The notes: a model not told the origin generated them from the letters alone. A stretch of 57,764 bases of DNA from Elusimicrobiota bacterium (GCA_027340875.1 DAIENX010000004.1:1-57764), one strand, 5' to 3'. Shown: positions 41,689 to 50,972, counted from the stretch's first letter. Program-made: numbers and translations.

Positions 41689-42222
41689 TTACCTGACGAC
41701 TACAAGCCGCCCTTTCTTCGTGGAGCCTTCGCCTTTGACGACGTAGAGGTAGAGCCCGCTGGCCACTTTGGCGCCGGCGCTGTTGCGGAGGTCCCAGCCG
41801 ACGCTGTCGATATTGCTGTTCTTCTCCACCGTGGCGACCTTCTCGCCGGAGATCGTGAAGATGTTGATGGTCGCCCGCAGCGTGAGGCGGGTGAACGTCA
41901 CGCCGGTGCAGCCGGCCGAAAGCTTGCAGGGATTGGGATAGGCGTGGGAAGTGGAGACGTCCGCCTGCGGCGGCCGCCAGGAATTTACCGCGCCCCAGGT
42001 CACGGAATAGCGTCCGCCGCTAAGTTTGCCGTAGCCAAGCTGGCCTGTGCTGCCCAGAAGGGAATACGCCCCCCCGGTCTTGGGCATGCTGTTGCCGACG
42101 GTGGTCTGCTCGGTTATCAGTATGCGGAAGACGCCGGCGCTCATAAGCGCGTAAGCCGAGACGTAAAGGCAGGCGGCCGCCAGCAGGGCAAGAGCGATAA
42201 GGCGAGCGATCCGGGAACGCAT
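41689..42222 (-). CDS. Small exported protein with T9SS-CTD-like C-terminal domain
   Basis: Signal peptide; GGAYSLLGSTGQ...LSGGRYSVTWG; AYPNP...INIFTISGEKV...WDLRNSAGAKVASGLYLYVV...KKGRLVVVR. Confidence 0.82.
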   Translation of the reverse strand: MRSRIARLIALALLAAACLYVSAYALMSAGVFRILITEQTTVGNSMPKTGGAYSLLGSTGQLGYGKLSGGRYSVTWGAVNSWRPPQADVSTSHAYPNPCKLSAGCTGVTFTRLTLRATINIFTISGEKVATVEKNSNIDSVGWDLRNSAGAKVASGLYLYVVKGEGSTKKGRLVVVR

Positions 42223-42313
42223 ATTATATAGATATATGAAAACTGTGTCCGTGTCAATGACAAATAAGTTAATTTTTTGTTACGGCGGGTTCCCCCCCGC
42301 CGGAACCCGTAAA

Positions 42314-42322
42314 TGATATAAT
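42314..42322 (+). promoter_or_regulatory. Extended -10 element (TGnTATAAT)
   Basis: TGATATAAT 9 nt before ATG 42332, in an AT-rich divergent intergenic region. Confidence 0.5.
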
Positions 42323-42331
42323 TTTTTATTC

Positions 42332-43858
42332 ATGGCGGAAATAACGCGTCCGGACCCCAGGATACTGGTGATACGCATGTCGTCTCTCGGCGACATCATC
42401 CTGACCGCTCCCGTTTTCCGCAACCTGAAGGCAAAGTGGCCGGCCGCCAAGCTGGAGATTCTAGTAAAGCCCCAGTTCGCCGGCGCCGTCTCCAGGAACG
42501 CGTTCATAGACAGGGTGATGTCCTTCAAAGGCCTCCTCCCCACGCTGGCGGAGGTGAACGCCGCCGCCTACGACGCGATAATAGATCTCCACGACACGCC
42601 GCGCAGCCGCTTCCTCTCCCTTATGGCCGGCGCTCCGTTAAAACTGCGCTACCGTAAGGCCTCCCTCGCCCGGAGGCTGTTCGTGGGCCTGCGCATCCCC
42701 AGCCCGGTGCTGGAGAAGCACACGCTCGACCGCTACCTGGAGCCGCTGGCGGAGATAGGCGTTCCGGTACTCCATTCCGGCCCCGAACTCGGCGACTGGC
42801 CGCCGTCGGGATATCGCGCCGGGCTGAAGCCGGGCCCGCTGAAGATCTGCCTGCTGCAAACGGCCTTCCTCGGCGACTGCGTGCTGACGCTGCCGCTGCT
42901 CAAGAAGATCAAGGAGGTTTTCCGCCACGCCTCGGTCACGGTGGTCACCCGGCCCGAGACCGCCGGAGTCTTCTCCGCCTCCGGCCTGGCCGCGGAGATC
43001 ATAGAGGACAGGAAGAAGACCGCCGCCTCCCGCTTCGGAGAGTTCGGGCGCCTGGTGAAGGAACTGCGCTCGCGCAAGTTCGACGCGGCCATCATCCCGC
43101 ACCGCTCGCTGAGGAGCGCGCTGATGGCCTGGCGGGCCGGCATACCGGTCAGGGTGGGCTTCTCCTCGAGCGCGGGCCGCGCCCTGCTGACCCATAAAGT
43201 CCCGTTCTCCTGGCTGCTGCACGACGTGGAGCGCAACCTCTCCCTGCTTTCCCCCCTCGCCGAGAACCTCACCCCGGCGTTCCCCGGGCTCAAGCGCGAT
43301 TCCGGCGCCCCGTACTCGAAGGAGGACGGCGTGATAGCCGGCGTGAACCCGGGCTCCGCCTGGCCTACCAAGCGCTGGCCCCCGGAGAGATGGGCCAGGC
43401 TCATAAGAAAGCTGGCCGCCGCGCACGGCGGCAGGGTGCTGATAGTCGGCGGCCCCGGCGAGAAGGACTGGAACGCGGAGATCGAGCACCAGGCGGGGCC
43501 TGAGAACTGTCTGAACCTGACCGGCAGGACCTCGATGACGGAACTGATGGAGGCCATCCGCCCGCTCAGGATCTTCGTTTCCAACGATTCGGGCCCGATG
43601 CACATCGCGGCGGCCCTGGGCGTGCCCGCAGTCGGGATATTCGGCCCCACCACCAGAGAGCTCGGCTTCTTCCCTTACGGCCCGGCCAACCGGGTCGTGG
43701 AGACCCGGCTCGAGTGCCGCCCCTGCGCGCTGCACGGGTCGAAGAAATGCCCTCGCGGCCATTTCCTCTGCATGCGCCTGCTCACCGTGGAGGCGGTCTT
43801 CCGGGCGGCCGAGGAATGCAGGAAGGGGCACAGGAGAACTACGGAGGCCGTTAAATGA
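42332..43858 (+). CDS. waaF: GT9 heptosyltransferase (WaaF-like) with extra N-terminal half-domain
   Basis: Two GT9 starts (IRMSSLGDIILTAP; LQTAFLGDCVLTLP); NPGSAWPTKRWP, SNDSGPMHIAAA, CRPC. Confidence 0.8.
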   Translation: MAEITRPDPRILVIRMSSLGDIILTAPVFRNLKAKWPAAKLEILVKPQFAGAVSRNAFIDRVMSFKGLLPTLAEVNAAAYDAIIDLHDTPRSRFLSLMAGAPLKLRYRKASLARRLFVGLRIPSPVLEKHTLDRYLEPLAEIGVPVLHSGPELGDWPPSGYRAGLKPGPLKICLLQTAFLGDCVLTLPLLKKIKEVFRHASVTVVTRPETAGVFSASGLAAEIIEDRKKTAASRFGEFGRLVKELRSRKFDAAIIPHRSLRSALMAWRAGIPVRVGFSSSAGRALLTHKVPFSWLLHDVERNLSLLSPLAENLTPAFPGLKRDSGAPYSKEDGVIAGVNPGSAWPTKRWPPERWARLIRKLAAAHGGRVLIVGGPGEKDWNAEIEHQAGPENCLNLTGRTSMTELMEAIRPLRIFVSNDSGPMHIAAALGVPAVGIFGPTTRELGFFPYGPANRVVETRLECRPCALHGSKKCPRGHFLCMRLLTVEAVFRAAEECRKGHRRTTEAVK

Positions 43859-44664
43859 CCATAACCGTTGCCGCGCTCGTACTTCTCGCGTTGGGAGCCA
43901 GCGCCCGCTGGACCTGGTGGCGCGGCTCCCGCCCGGGATTGAAGGTGCTCTGCTATCACAAGGTCGGAGTACCCCCGTCGGGCTCCAAACTCAAGGACCT
44001 GTGGGTAAGCCCCGGGAAGTTCAGGTCGCAGGTCAAGTACTTGCTGGACCACGGCTATGCCACGCTGACCTTCTCCGATCTGCGGAAAGCCCTGGAAACC
44101 GGCAACGAACTGCCGGAGAAGTCGGTATTGATCACTTTCGACGACGGCTACGAGAACAATTACTCCGAGGCCTGGCCGATACTGAAGGAACTGGGCGCCA
44201 AGGGCAACATCTTCGTGGTCTTCAACACCATAGGCAAGGCCAACCTCTGGCACAGCCCCGCTTCCGAGGCCTGGGTCAACATGGCCACGCTGGCCCAGCT
44301 TAAGGAGATGCAGGAGAGCGGCGTGATCGAGTTCGGCTCGCATACGATGAGCCATCCGCGCCTCTCCTCCCTCGAGCCGGAGAACGCCGCGTGGGAGCTG
44401 GAGGAAGCCAAGCGGCAGCTCGAGGCGGCGCTGGGCAGGGAGATGTTCGCATTCGCCTATCCCTACGGCGACGGAGCCTACGTGCCGTGGGTAAGAGAGA
44501 AGGCCCTAGGGGCCGGGTACCTGTTCGATTTCAGCTTCACCCAGGGCAAGACGCCGTGGCCATGGGACGGGAAGGCGGGGCCGATAGACCGCCTCTTCAT
44601 CCGCGGCCGCGACAACAACTGGGACCTGGCCCTTCAGCTCTCCAGAGGCGCCTCGAGGCTCTGA
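43855..44664 (+). CDS. Polysaccharide deacetylase (CE4)
   Basis: LCYHKV, ITFDDGY, GSHTMSHPRL, FAYPYG. N-terminal TM. Confidence 0.92.
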   Translation: MTITVAALVLLALGASARWTWWRGSRPGLKVLCYHKVGVPPSGSKLKDLWVSPGKFRSQVKYLLDHGYATLTFSDLRKALETGNELPEKSVLITFDDGYENNYSEAWPILKELGAKGNIFVVFNTIGKANLWHSPASEAWVNMATLAQLKEMQESGVIEFGSHTMSHPRLSSLEPENAAWELEEAKRQLEAALGREMFAFAYPYGDGAYVPWVREKALGAGYLFDFSFTQGKTPWPWDGKAGPIDRLFIRGRDNNWDLALQLSRGASRL

Positions 44665-44706
44665 CCGCCGTTTTTGTATAATATTACCCCTGAGGTGAGC
44701 AGAACC

Positions 44707-44907
44707 ATGAAAGATCTGGGCATAGGAAAGCTGGTAAGCGCGCTGGCGATGACGAACACGGAGCTCTGGCACGAGGAAGACAAGGCCAGGGTGGGCGATG
44801 TTCCCGCTATAGCGGCCGCCAAGAAGAACATCGACAAACTGAACCAGAAGCGCAACGACCTGATAGAGCGGATAGACGAGAAGGTGCTGGAGGCCATTAA
44901 TGGCTGA
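44707..44907 (+). CDS. DUF4254 N-terminal half
   Basis: LWHEEDKAR...[28 protein letters not shown]; upstream TATAAT. Confidence 0.75.
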   Translation: MKDLGIGKLVSALAMTNTELWHEEDKARVGDVPAIAAAKKNIDKLNQKRNDLIERIDEKVLEAING

Positions 44908-45175
44908 GACCGTCGGCAGCCTCGCGGACAAGATCAGCATCATCCAGCTGAAGATCTTCCACATGCGCGAGCAGTTGCAGCGCAAGGACGCTTCCGACGA
45001 GCACAAAGCCTCCTGCCAGGCCAGGCTGGACGTGATGGCCGTGCAGCTCAAGGACCTGGAGGAGGAGCTGTCCCAGCTCGTCTCGGACGTCGTCTCCGGC
45101 AGGACCCGGCTCAAGATCTACCGCCAGTTCAAGATGTACAACGACCCGCGCTACCGCGCAAAGACAGCGCAGTAG
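44900..45175 (+). CDS. DUF4254 C-terminal half
   Basis: [20 protein letters not shown]...[12 protein letters not shown]. Own GGAGG RBS. Confidence 0.8.
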   Translation: MAETVGSLADKISIIQLKIFHMREQLQRKDASDEHKASCQARLDVMAVQLKDLEEELSQLVSDVVSGRTRLKIYRQFKMYNDPRYRAKTAQ

Positions 45176-45179
45176 AGCC

Positions 45180-46127
45180 ATGGGCCCCGGGATCCTCATA
45201 ATAGTATACAAGGGCATAGGCGACGTCCTGCTGACCACGCCGCTGCTCAGAGCCCTGAAGAAGGGCATCCCCGACTCCCGCATCTATTTTCTGACCCGCA
45301 GGCCTTCCCGCCCCATCCTAGAGAACAATCCGAACCTCTCCGGCGTCTTCTGCCGCGAGGATAAGCCGCTGAAGGCCATCCGCGCGGCCGGGATAGACAT
45401 AGCCGTTGATTTCATGCGCTCCGCATCGTCCGGCTTTTACGCGCTCTTCTCCGGCGCTGACAAGCGCCTCGCCTTCAGCTACCGCGGCGGCAGGCTGTTC
45501 TACAACGTAATGCCGGAACAGCGCCCCGGCGACGGCTACACCGTCTACGACCGCCTCCAGTTGGTGGAGCCGCTCGGGGTACGCCCCGACGGCCACTCGC
45601 TAGACCTGTCCGTCCCCGCGTCCTGCTCGGACAAGGCGGAGGCCTTCCTCGCCTCCGCCGGAGTAAAGACCGGCGACCTGCTGGTCACGATGGACATCAC
45701 CAGCCCGCGGGACCACCGCCGCTGGCCGGCGGAGAATTTCGCGAAGCTGGCCGACTCCCTGGCCGCCTCGAGAGGCGCCAAAGTCGTCTTCCTCTGGGGT
45801 CCCGGGGAGCTGGAATACGTAAAGTCCGCCATGTCGGCGGCCAGGGACAGGCACCTGCTCTGCCCCGATCTCGGACTGCTGGAGCTGGCGGCGCTGCTGA
45901 AGAGAGCGTCGCTGCACGTAGGCACCAGTTCGGCCCCGATGCATCTGGCCGTCAGCCAGGGTACGCCGACGTTCACCGTCTACGCTCCCCAGAACTCCCC
46001 GCAGAGCTGGTCCCCCCCCGGCTCCGGGCACGGCTGGGTCCAGGGCGAGCTTTCCGCGCTCTCTTTCGCGGCCGTCCTTGAGCGTCTGGAAGCTCATATC
46101 TCCCGGCTGCAAGGGGCGAAACAATGA
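45180..46127 (+). CDS. Glycosyltransferase family 9
   Basis: GIGDVLLTTPLLRALK, ILENNPNL, RRWPAENF, SAPMHLA. Confidence 0.9.
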   Translation: MGPGILIIVYKGIGDVLLTTPLLRALKKGIPDSRIYFLTRRPSRPILENNPNLSGVFCREDKPLKAIRAAGIDIAVDFMRSASSGFYALFSGADKRLAFSYRGGRLFYNVMPEQRPGDGYTVYDRLQLVEPLGVRPDGHSLDLSVPASCSDKAEAFLASAGVKTGDLLVTMDITSPRDHRRWPAENFAKLADSLAASRGAKVVFLWGPGELEYVKSAMSAARDRHLLCPDLGLLELAALLKRASLHVGTSSAPMHLAVSQGTPTFTVYAPQNSPQSWSPPGSGHGWVQGELSALSFAAVLERLEAHISRLQGAKQ

Positions 46128-47227
46128 GTTCCTTTTCCCCCGAAAAGACCCGCGACTCGCTGAAGTCGGGGCCGGGCGGCAGGCTCCTGCTCTCAGCGCT
46201 CTCGCTGGTTTACACCGCCGGCATCGCCGGCAGAAGGCTGCTCTACAGCCGGGGCCTGCTGCGCTCCCGCCGCCTGCCGGTCCCCGTTATCTGCTTCGGG
46301 AACATCTCCTCCGGCGGCACCGGGAAGACCTCCACCGTCGTGACCGTGGCCCTTGAGCTGGCCCGGGCCGGGCGGCGGCCGGCCGTGCTCCTGCGCGGCT
46401 ATAAGCGGCGCGTTCCCCCGAAGAAGATCACCGTGCTCGCGAAGGGCCGCCCTCTCAGCCTGGACGAGGCCGGCGACGAGGCTATAATGCTGTACCGTCT
46501 GCTGGAGCCGGCCGGCATACCCGTGGTGGTCTCCTCCGACCGTTTCGCCTCCGGCTCGCTGGCGGTCTCGGAGCTGGGCGCGGACATCATCCTGATGGAC
46601 GACGGCTTCCAGCACTTCGCGCTGCACCGCGACGCCGACATCGTCCTGGTCAATGCGACCGAGCCTTTTTCCTCCGACCGGGTGCTGCCCGCCGGCAACC
46701 TGCGGGAACCAGCCTCCGGCCTGGCCCGGGCCCGCGCCGTAGTCATCACGCACTGCGAGCAGGTGCAGCAGGACGCCATCGACGAGCTGCGGGCGGAGAT
46801 CTCGAAGGCCGCGCCGCGCGCGGTGGTCGCGGAGAGCATGCACACGCCCGAGGCCTTCCTGGACCCCGCCACGGGCGAGAGGGTCGACCTCAACTCGCTG
46901 AAGGGAAAAGCCGTAGCTTCGCTCTGCGGCATAGGCGATCCCTCCTCTTTCGAGAACTCGCTGACGAAGATGAAGATCCGGCTGGAGCAGATCTGGCGCT
47001 ATCCTGACCACCACCGCTTCACGCCCGAGGACCTGGCCGCGGCGGCGAGGGCCGCCGGCGGGATGAAGATAGTCACCACCTACAAGGATTTCGCGCGCTT
47101 CCCGGAGGGCTGGCAGCAGCTGCTCGGCCCCGGCGTACTGATACTGTCGGTCAAGATAGTCTTCCTGCTCGACGGGTGGAAGAAGCTGATGCGGATAGTG
47201 GATTCAGCGGGGAAGGACGCCGTCTGA
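46124..47227 (+). CDS. lpxK: Tetraacyldisaccharide 4'-kinase
   Basis: GNISSGGTGKT, RGY, GDE, MDDGFQH, PAGNLREP, PDHH, TTYKD. Confidence 0.95.
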   Translation: MSSFSPEKTRDSLKSGPGGRLLLSALSLVYTAGIAGRRLLYSRGLLRSRRLPVPVICFGNISSGGTGKTSTVVTVALELARAGRRPAVLLRGYKRRVPPKKITVLAKGRPLSLDEAGDEAIMLYRLLEPAGIPVVVSSDRFASGSLAVSELGADIILMDDGFQHFALHRDADIVLVNATEPFSSDRVLPAGNLREPASGLARARAVVITHCEQVQQDAIDELRAEISKAAPRAVVAESMHTPEAFLDPATGERVDLNSLKGKAVASLCGIGDPSSFENSLTKMKIRLEQIWRYPDHHRFTPEDLAAAARAAGGMKIVTTYKDFARFPEGWQQLLGPGVLILSVKIVFLLDGWKKLMRIVDSAGKDAV

Positions 47228-47811
47228 TGCGCGCCTGGCCCGACAAGGTCCGTCGGACCGCGCCCCGCCCGACGGCGTTCCTGGACCGCGACGGCACGCT
47301 CAACTGGGACCGCCCCGGTTTCTACGTGACTCACCCGGACCGGCTCAGGCTTTACGCCTCCGCTCCGGCGGCTGTCCGGCTCCTGAACAAGAAGGGCTAC
47401 CGCGTAGTGGTGCTGACCAACCAGTCCGCCGTCGGCCGCGGTTATATGACCATGAAGGCTTCGCTGGCCGTGAACCGGAAGCTCGTCAGGGAGCTGGGCC
47501 GCGCGGGAGCCCGGGTGGACGCCGTCTATTTCTGCCCTCACGCCCCTGAGACCGCCTGCTCCTGCCGCAAGCCCCGCACCGGCCTTATCGACGAGGCCAT
47601 GAAGGATTCTCCCGCCGATCTCCCGCGCTCTTTCATGGCGGGAGACAAGGATTCGGACCTGCTGATGGCGGCCAACGCCGGGCTGAGAGGCTGTCTGGTG
47701 CGCACCGGCCACGCCCGCTCCGCCAAGGCTCCAGGTTCTTTCCGGGACCTGTCCGCTCTGGCCCGCGCGCTGCCTGCGGCCGCTGAGACCTCCAAGAGGA
47801 AACGAACGTGA
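47227..47811 (+). CDS. gmhB: D-glycero-D-manno-heptose 1,7-bisphosphate phosphatase (HAD IIIA)
   Basis: FLDRDGTLN, TNQSAVGRG, CPH...CSCRKP, GDKDSD. ATG overlaps the lpxK stop. Confidence 0.9.
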   Translation: MRAWPDKVRRTAPRPTAFLDRDGTLNWDRPGFYVTHPDRLRLYASAPAAVRLLNKKGYRVVVLTNQSAVGRGYMTMKASLAVNRKLVRELGRAGARVDAVYFCPHAPETACSCRKPRTGLIDEAMKDSPADLPRSFMAGDKDSDLLMAANAGLRGCLVRTGHARSAKAPGSFRDLSALARALPAAAETSKRKRT

Positions 47812-48359
47812 AAAAAAGAATACTCGTATCCCAGATCGTGACCATAATCCTGCTGATAGCCGCCAGGCCCGAGAGCTGGCCGCTTTTCTGGGCGGGACTC
47901 GCCGTGATGGTCCTGGGCCAGGCCGTCCGCCTGGCGGCCAGCGCCGCCATTGTCAAGTCTAAGACCCTCACCACCACGGGCCCCTACTCAGCGGTAAGGA
48001 ACCCTCTCTACCTCGGCACGATGCTGATGACCGCGGGCCTGCTGGTCATGCTCTCCTCCCCCTCGCGCCCCGTCCTGACCGCCGCGGTCTGGGCCTTCGC
48101 CTCCGTCTCCTTCGGTTGGATCTACTACGTCACGATAAAAGCGGAAGAGCAGTTCCTTTCCGCCACTTACGGCGACGAGTTCGAGAACTACAAGCGGGCC
48201 GCGCCGGCCCTGCTGCCCACCCCGTCGGGGCTGGCGGGATTCTTCGACCTCTCCGCCTATTCCGCCGAGGTTTTCCGCAAGAACAAGGAATGGCGCGGGC
48301 TCAGCGCCGCCGCCGCCCTGACCCTGCTGGTGGCCGCGCGCATAAAGTATGGTTTCTAG
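47808..48359 (+). CDS. Isoprenylcysteine carboxylmethyltransferase (ICMT/PEMT) family membrane protein
   Basis: LTTTGPYSAVRNPLYLG, EEQFL...YGDEFENYKRAAP. Confidence 0.9.
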   Translation: MKKRILVSQIVTIILLIAARPESWPLFWAGLAVMVLGQAVRLAASAAIVKSKTLTTTGPYSAVRNPLYLGTMLMTAGLLVMLSSPSRPVLTAAVWAFASVSFGWIYYVTIKAEEQFLSATYGDEFENYKRAAPALLPTPSGLAGFFDLSAYSAEVFRKNKEWRGLSAAAALTLLVAARIKYGF

Positions 48360-49155
48360 CCTGTTGCTCGCGCTGCTTCTGGCCGCCCCGGCGGGCGCCG
48401 AAGAGCTGCTTCAGCACCCCTACTGGGCGGAGGCCAGGCCCGTAGTCGGCTCCACGGCCCCGGTCAACGGCATCACCTCCGGGGAAACCTTGGAATACGA
48501 CATCTACTGGGGCCTGATCTACGTCGGTAAATCCTATATACGCGTAGACTCCGAGGTTTCCATCGCCTCCCGTACCGCCTGGCATCTGATCTCCGAGGCC
48601 AAGTCGGGCTCCGTCCTGAACGCCGTTTATAAGGTAGCCGACAGGAACGAGTCCTGGATGGACACCAGGGATTTCAGTTCCTACGGCTACTACCGCAAGC
48701 TCTCCGAGGGACACTATTTCTACAACGAGTGGGTGGCCTTCGACCTGCCGGGAAAACGCTTCTACGGGCAGAAGATGAACCGCAAGCGGGAGGTCTCCGC
48801 CTTCGAGGGGCCGCTCTACCACCCGGTCAACGACTATCTCTCGGCCGTGTTCCGCCTGCGCGTGATGCGTCTGGCGCCCGGAGAGACGCTGGAAATGGAC
48901 GTGAACACGAAGAAGAACTGGCGCCTTTCCATCAAGGCCGGCAAGCGCGAGAAGATCTCCACGCCGTACGGCAAGAAGAAGTGCATTCTGCTGGAGCCCA
49001 AGGCCGGCGAGGAGAGCCTGTTCGTCTCCAAGGCCGGCAGGAGCATGCTGATCTGGATCACCGACGACGAACTGAAGCTGCCCATGATGCTGAAGGCCGA
49101 GATATTCATAGGCTCCGTCACCGCCAAGCTCGTCCGCCGTACCGTCACGCCCTGA
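48349..49155 (+). CDS. DUF3108 domain exported protein
   Basis: GETLEYDIYWG, YKVADRNES, DYLSAVFRLR, IWITDDELKLP...IFIGSV. Confidence 0.85.
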   Translation: MVSSLLLALLLAAPAGAEELLQHPYWAEARPVVGSTAPVNGITSGETLEYDIYWGLIYVGKSYIRVDSEVSIASRTAWHLISEAKSGSVLNAVYKVADRNESWMDTRDFSSYGYYRKLSEGHYFYNEWVAFDLPGKRFYGQKMNRKREVSAFEGPLYHPVNDYLSAVFRLRVMRLAPGETLEMDVNTKKNWRLSIKAGKREKISTPYGKKKCILLEPKAGEESLFVSKAGRSMLIWITDDELKLPMMLKAEIFIGSVTAKLVRRTVTP

Positions 49156-49206
49156 CGCTCCCGCCGCTTCCGTTCCCCTCCGGTTGCGTAGTATAATATC
49201 TATATT

Positions 49207-50220
49207 ATGACACAGGCTGTCCTCAAGCGGCTTTCCTCGCTCGCGTCCGGCTTCCGCGGCCGGAAGATAGCGGTGTTCGGAGACCTGATGCTGGACCGCT
49301 ACGTGAAGGGGTCCGTCAAGCGCATCTCCCCGGAAGCCCCGGTGCCCGTAGTGCGCGTCACCTCCGAATCCTCGGTCTGCGGCGGGGCCGCCAACGTCGC
49401 GGTGAACCTTTCCACGCTGGGTGCCGCGCCCGTTCTGGTCTCGGTGGCCGGCCGCGACGCGGCTGCCGAGGAGCTGACCTCCCTTCTTTCCGACGCCGGA
49501 GTCCCTCCTTCGCACCTGGTCCAGGACTCTTCCTTCCGCACCATAGAGAAAACGCGCGTCATAGCCGAGCACCAGCAGGTGGTGCGCTTCGACAGGGAAC
49601 ATCCGGCCCTGCTCGGGCAGGCCGCCAAGAAAGCCGCGCTGGCCTCGCTGGACGAGGTCCTCTCCGAGGGCTGCGGCGCGCTGATACTATCCGACTACGG
49701 CAAAGGCCTGCTCGAGCCGGCCACGATAAAGGCCGCGGTCGCGCTGGCCGCCAGGAAAGGCGTCCCCGTCTTCGTGGACCCGAAGGTCGAGCACTTCCAG
49801 CTCTACCGCGGCGTGGCCTGCATCACCCCCAACACCAGCGAAGCCTTCGGCGGGATGCGCCTCACGCAGCGCGACGGCCAGCCCGCCGCCGAGCAGCTGG
49901 GCAGGACCATCGTCAAGAAGCTGGCCTGCCGCTCGCTGCTGATAACCCAGGGAGAGCACGGCATGACACTCTTCACGAGGCGCGGCGCCTCCGTGGACTC
50001 GGTGCATATCCCCACCCGCGCCCGCGAGGTCTTCGACGTGACCGGCGCCGGCGACACCGTCATCTCCACGCTGGCCCTTACCTGGGCAGCCGGCGGCACG
50101 CCCGAAGAGGCCGCTACTGCCGCCAATTTCGCCGCCGGCGTGGTGGTCGCCAAGCTCGGCACCGCCTCGGTCACCGTGGAAGAACTGATGGAAAGCGCCA
50201 GATCATGGACAACAACCTGA
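49207..50220 (+). CDS. rfaE1: Heptose-7-phosphate kinase (HldE/RfaE domain I only)
   Basis: GDLMLDRY...RISPEAPVPV, GGAANVA, SDYGKG, VDPK, DVTGAGDTV. Confidence 0.93.
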   Translation: MTQAVLKRLSSLASGFRGRKIAVFGDLMLDRYVKGSVKRISPEAPVPVVRVTSESSVCGGAANVAVNLSTLGAAPVLVSVAGRDAAAEELTSLLSDAGVPPSHLVQDSSFRTIEKTRVIAEHQQVVRFDREHPALLGQAAKKAALASLDEVLSEGCGALILSDYGKGLLEPATIKAAVALAARKGVPVFVDPKVEHFQLYRGVACITPNTSEAFGGMRLTQRDGQPAAEQLGRTIVKKLACRSLLITQGEHGMTLFTRRGASVDSVHIPTRAREVFDVTGAGDTVISTLALTWAAGGTPEEAATAANFAAGVVVAKLGTASVTVEELMESARSWTTT

Positions 50221-50972
50221 TAGTCATACCGGCCCGCTACGGGTCCCAGCGCTTCCCCGGGAAGGTGCTGGCGCCGCTGGCCGGCAAGCCCGTGGTACAG
50301 TGGTGCTGGGAGGCGGCCGTCAGGTCCGGCCTCGGTGACGTCGTCATCGCCACCGAACACGAGAAGGTCGTGAAGGCCTGCCGTGCCTTCGGGGCCAGGA
50401 CGATGCTCACGAGCCCCCGCTGTCAATCCGGCACGGACCGGGTCCACGAGGCCTCCCGGGGAACCCGCGCGAAATTCGTCATCAACATCCAGGGCGACGA
50501 GCCGTTCATGAAGCCGGCGGTGCTGAAAAAGGCCTTTTTGAAGCTTAAGGGCTCCCCGGACTGCCATATCGGCACCGCCTGCACCCGCATCACGGACAAG
50601 ACTGACGTCGCCAATCCGAACTGCGTGAAGGTCGCCATGAACGGCGCCGGCCGCGCCATCTATTTCTCCCGCTGCCCGGTCCCCTTCCACCACCAGCTCT
50701 CGGACCTGAAGCATCTGCCTTACTACCGCCACTACGGCTTCTACATCTACCGCCGGGAGGCGCTTGAACGCTTCGTCAGTCTCAAGCCCAGCCCGCTCGA
50801 ACGTCTCGAGCGGCTGGAGCAATTGCGCGCGCTGGAGAACGGCATGCGCATAGCGGTGGCGGAAGTACCGGCCCTGGGGCCGGCGATAGACGTACCGGCG
50901 GACCTGAAGGCCGCCGGCCGGTATTTGACCAGAGCCCGCCGCCAAGGAGGAAGGCGGGCCGGGCTGGCCTAA
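50205..50972 (+). CDS. kdsB: CMP-Kdo synthetase
   Basis: IPARYGSQRFPGK, SGTDR, NIQGDEP, YFSR, LEQLRALE. Confidence 0.96.
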   Translation: MDNNLIVIPARYGSQRFPGKVLAPLAGKPVVQWCWEAAVRSGLGDVVIATEHEKVVKACRAFGARTMLTSPRCQSGTDRVHEASRGTRAKFVINIQGDEPFMKPAVLKKAFLKLKGSPDCHIGTACTRITDKTDVANPNCVKVAMNGAGRAIYFSRCPVPFHHQLSDLKHLPYYRHYGFYIYRREALERFVSLKPSPLERLERLEQLRALENGMRIAVAEVPALGPAIDVPADLKAAGRYLTRARRQGGRRAGLA

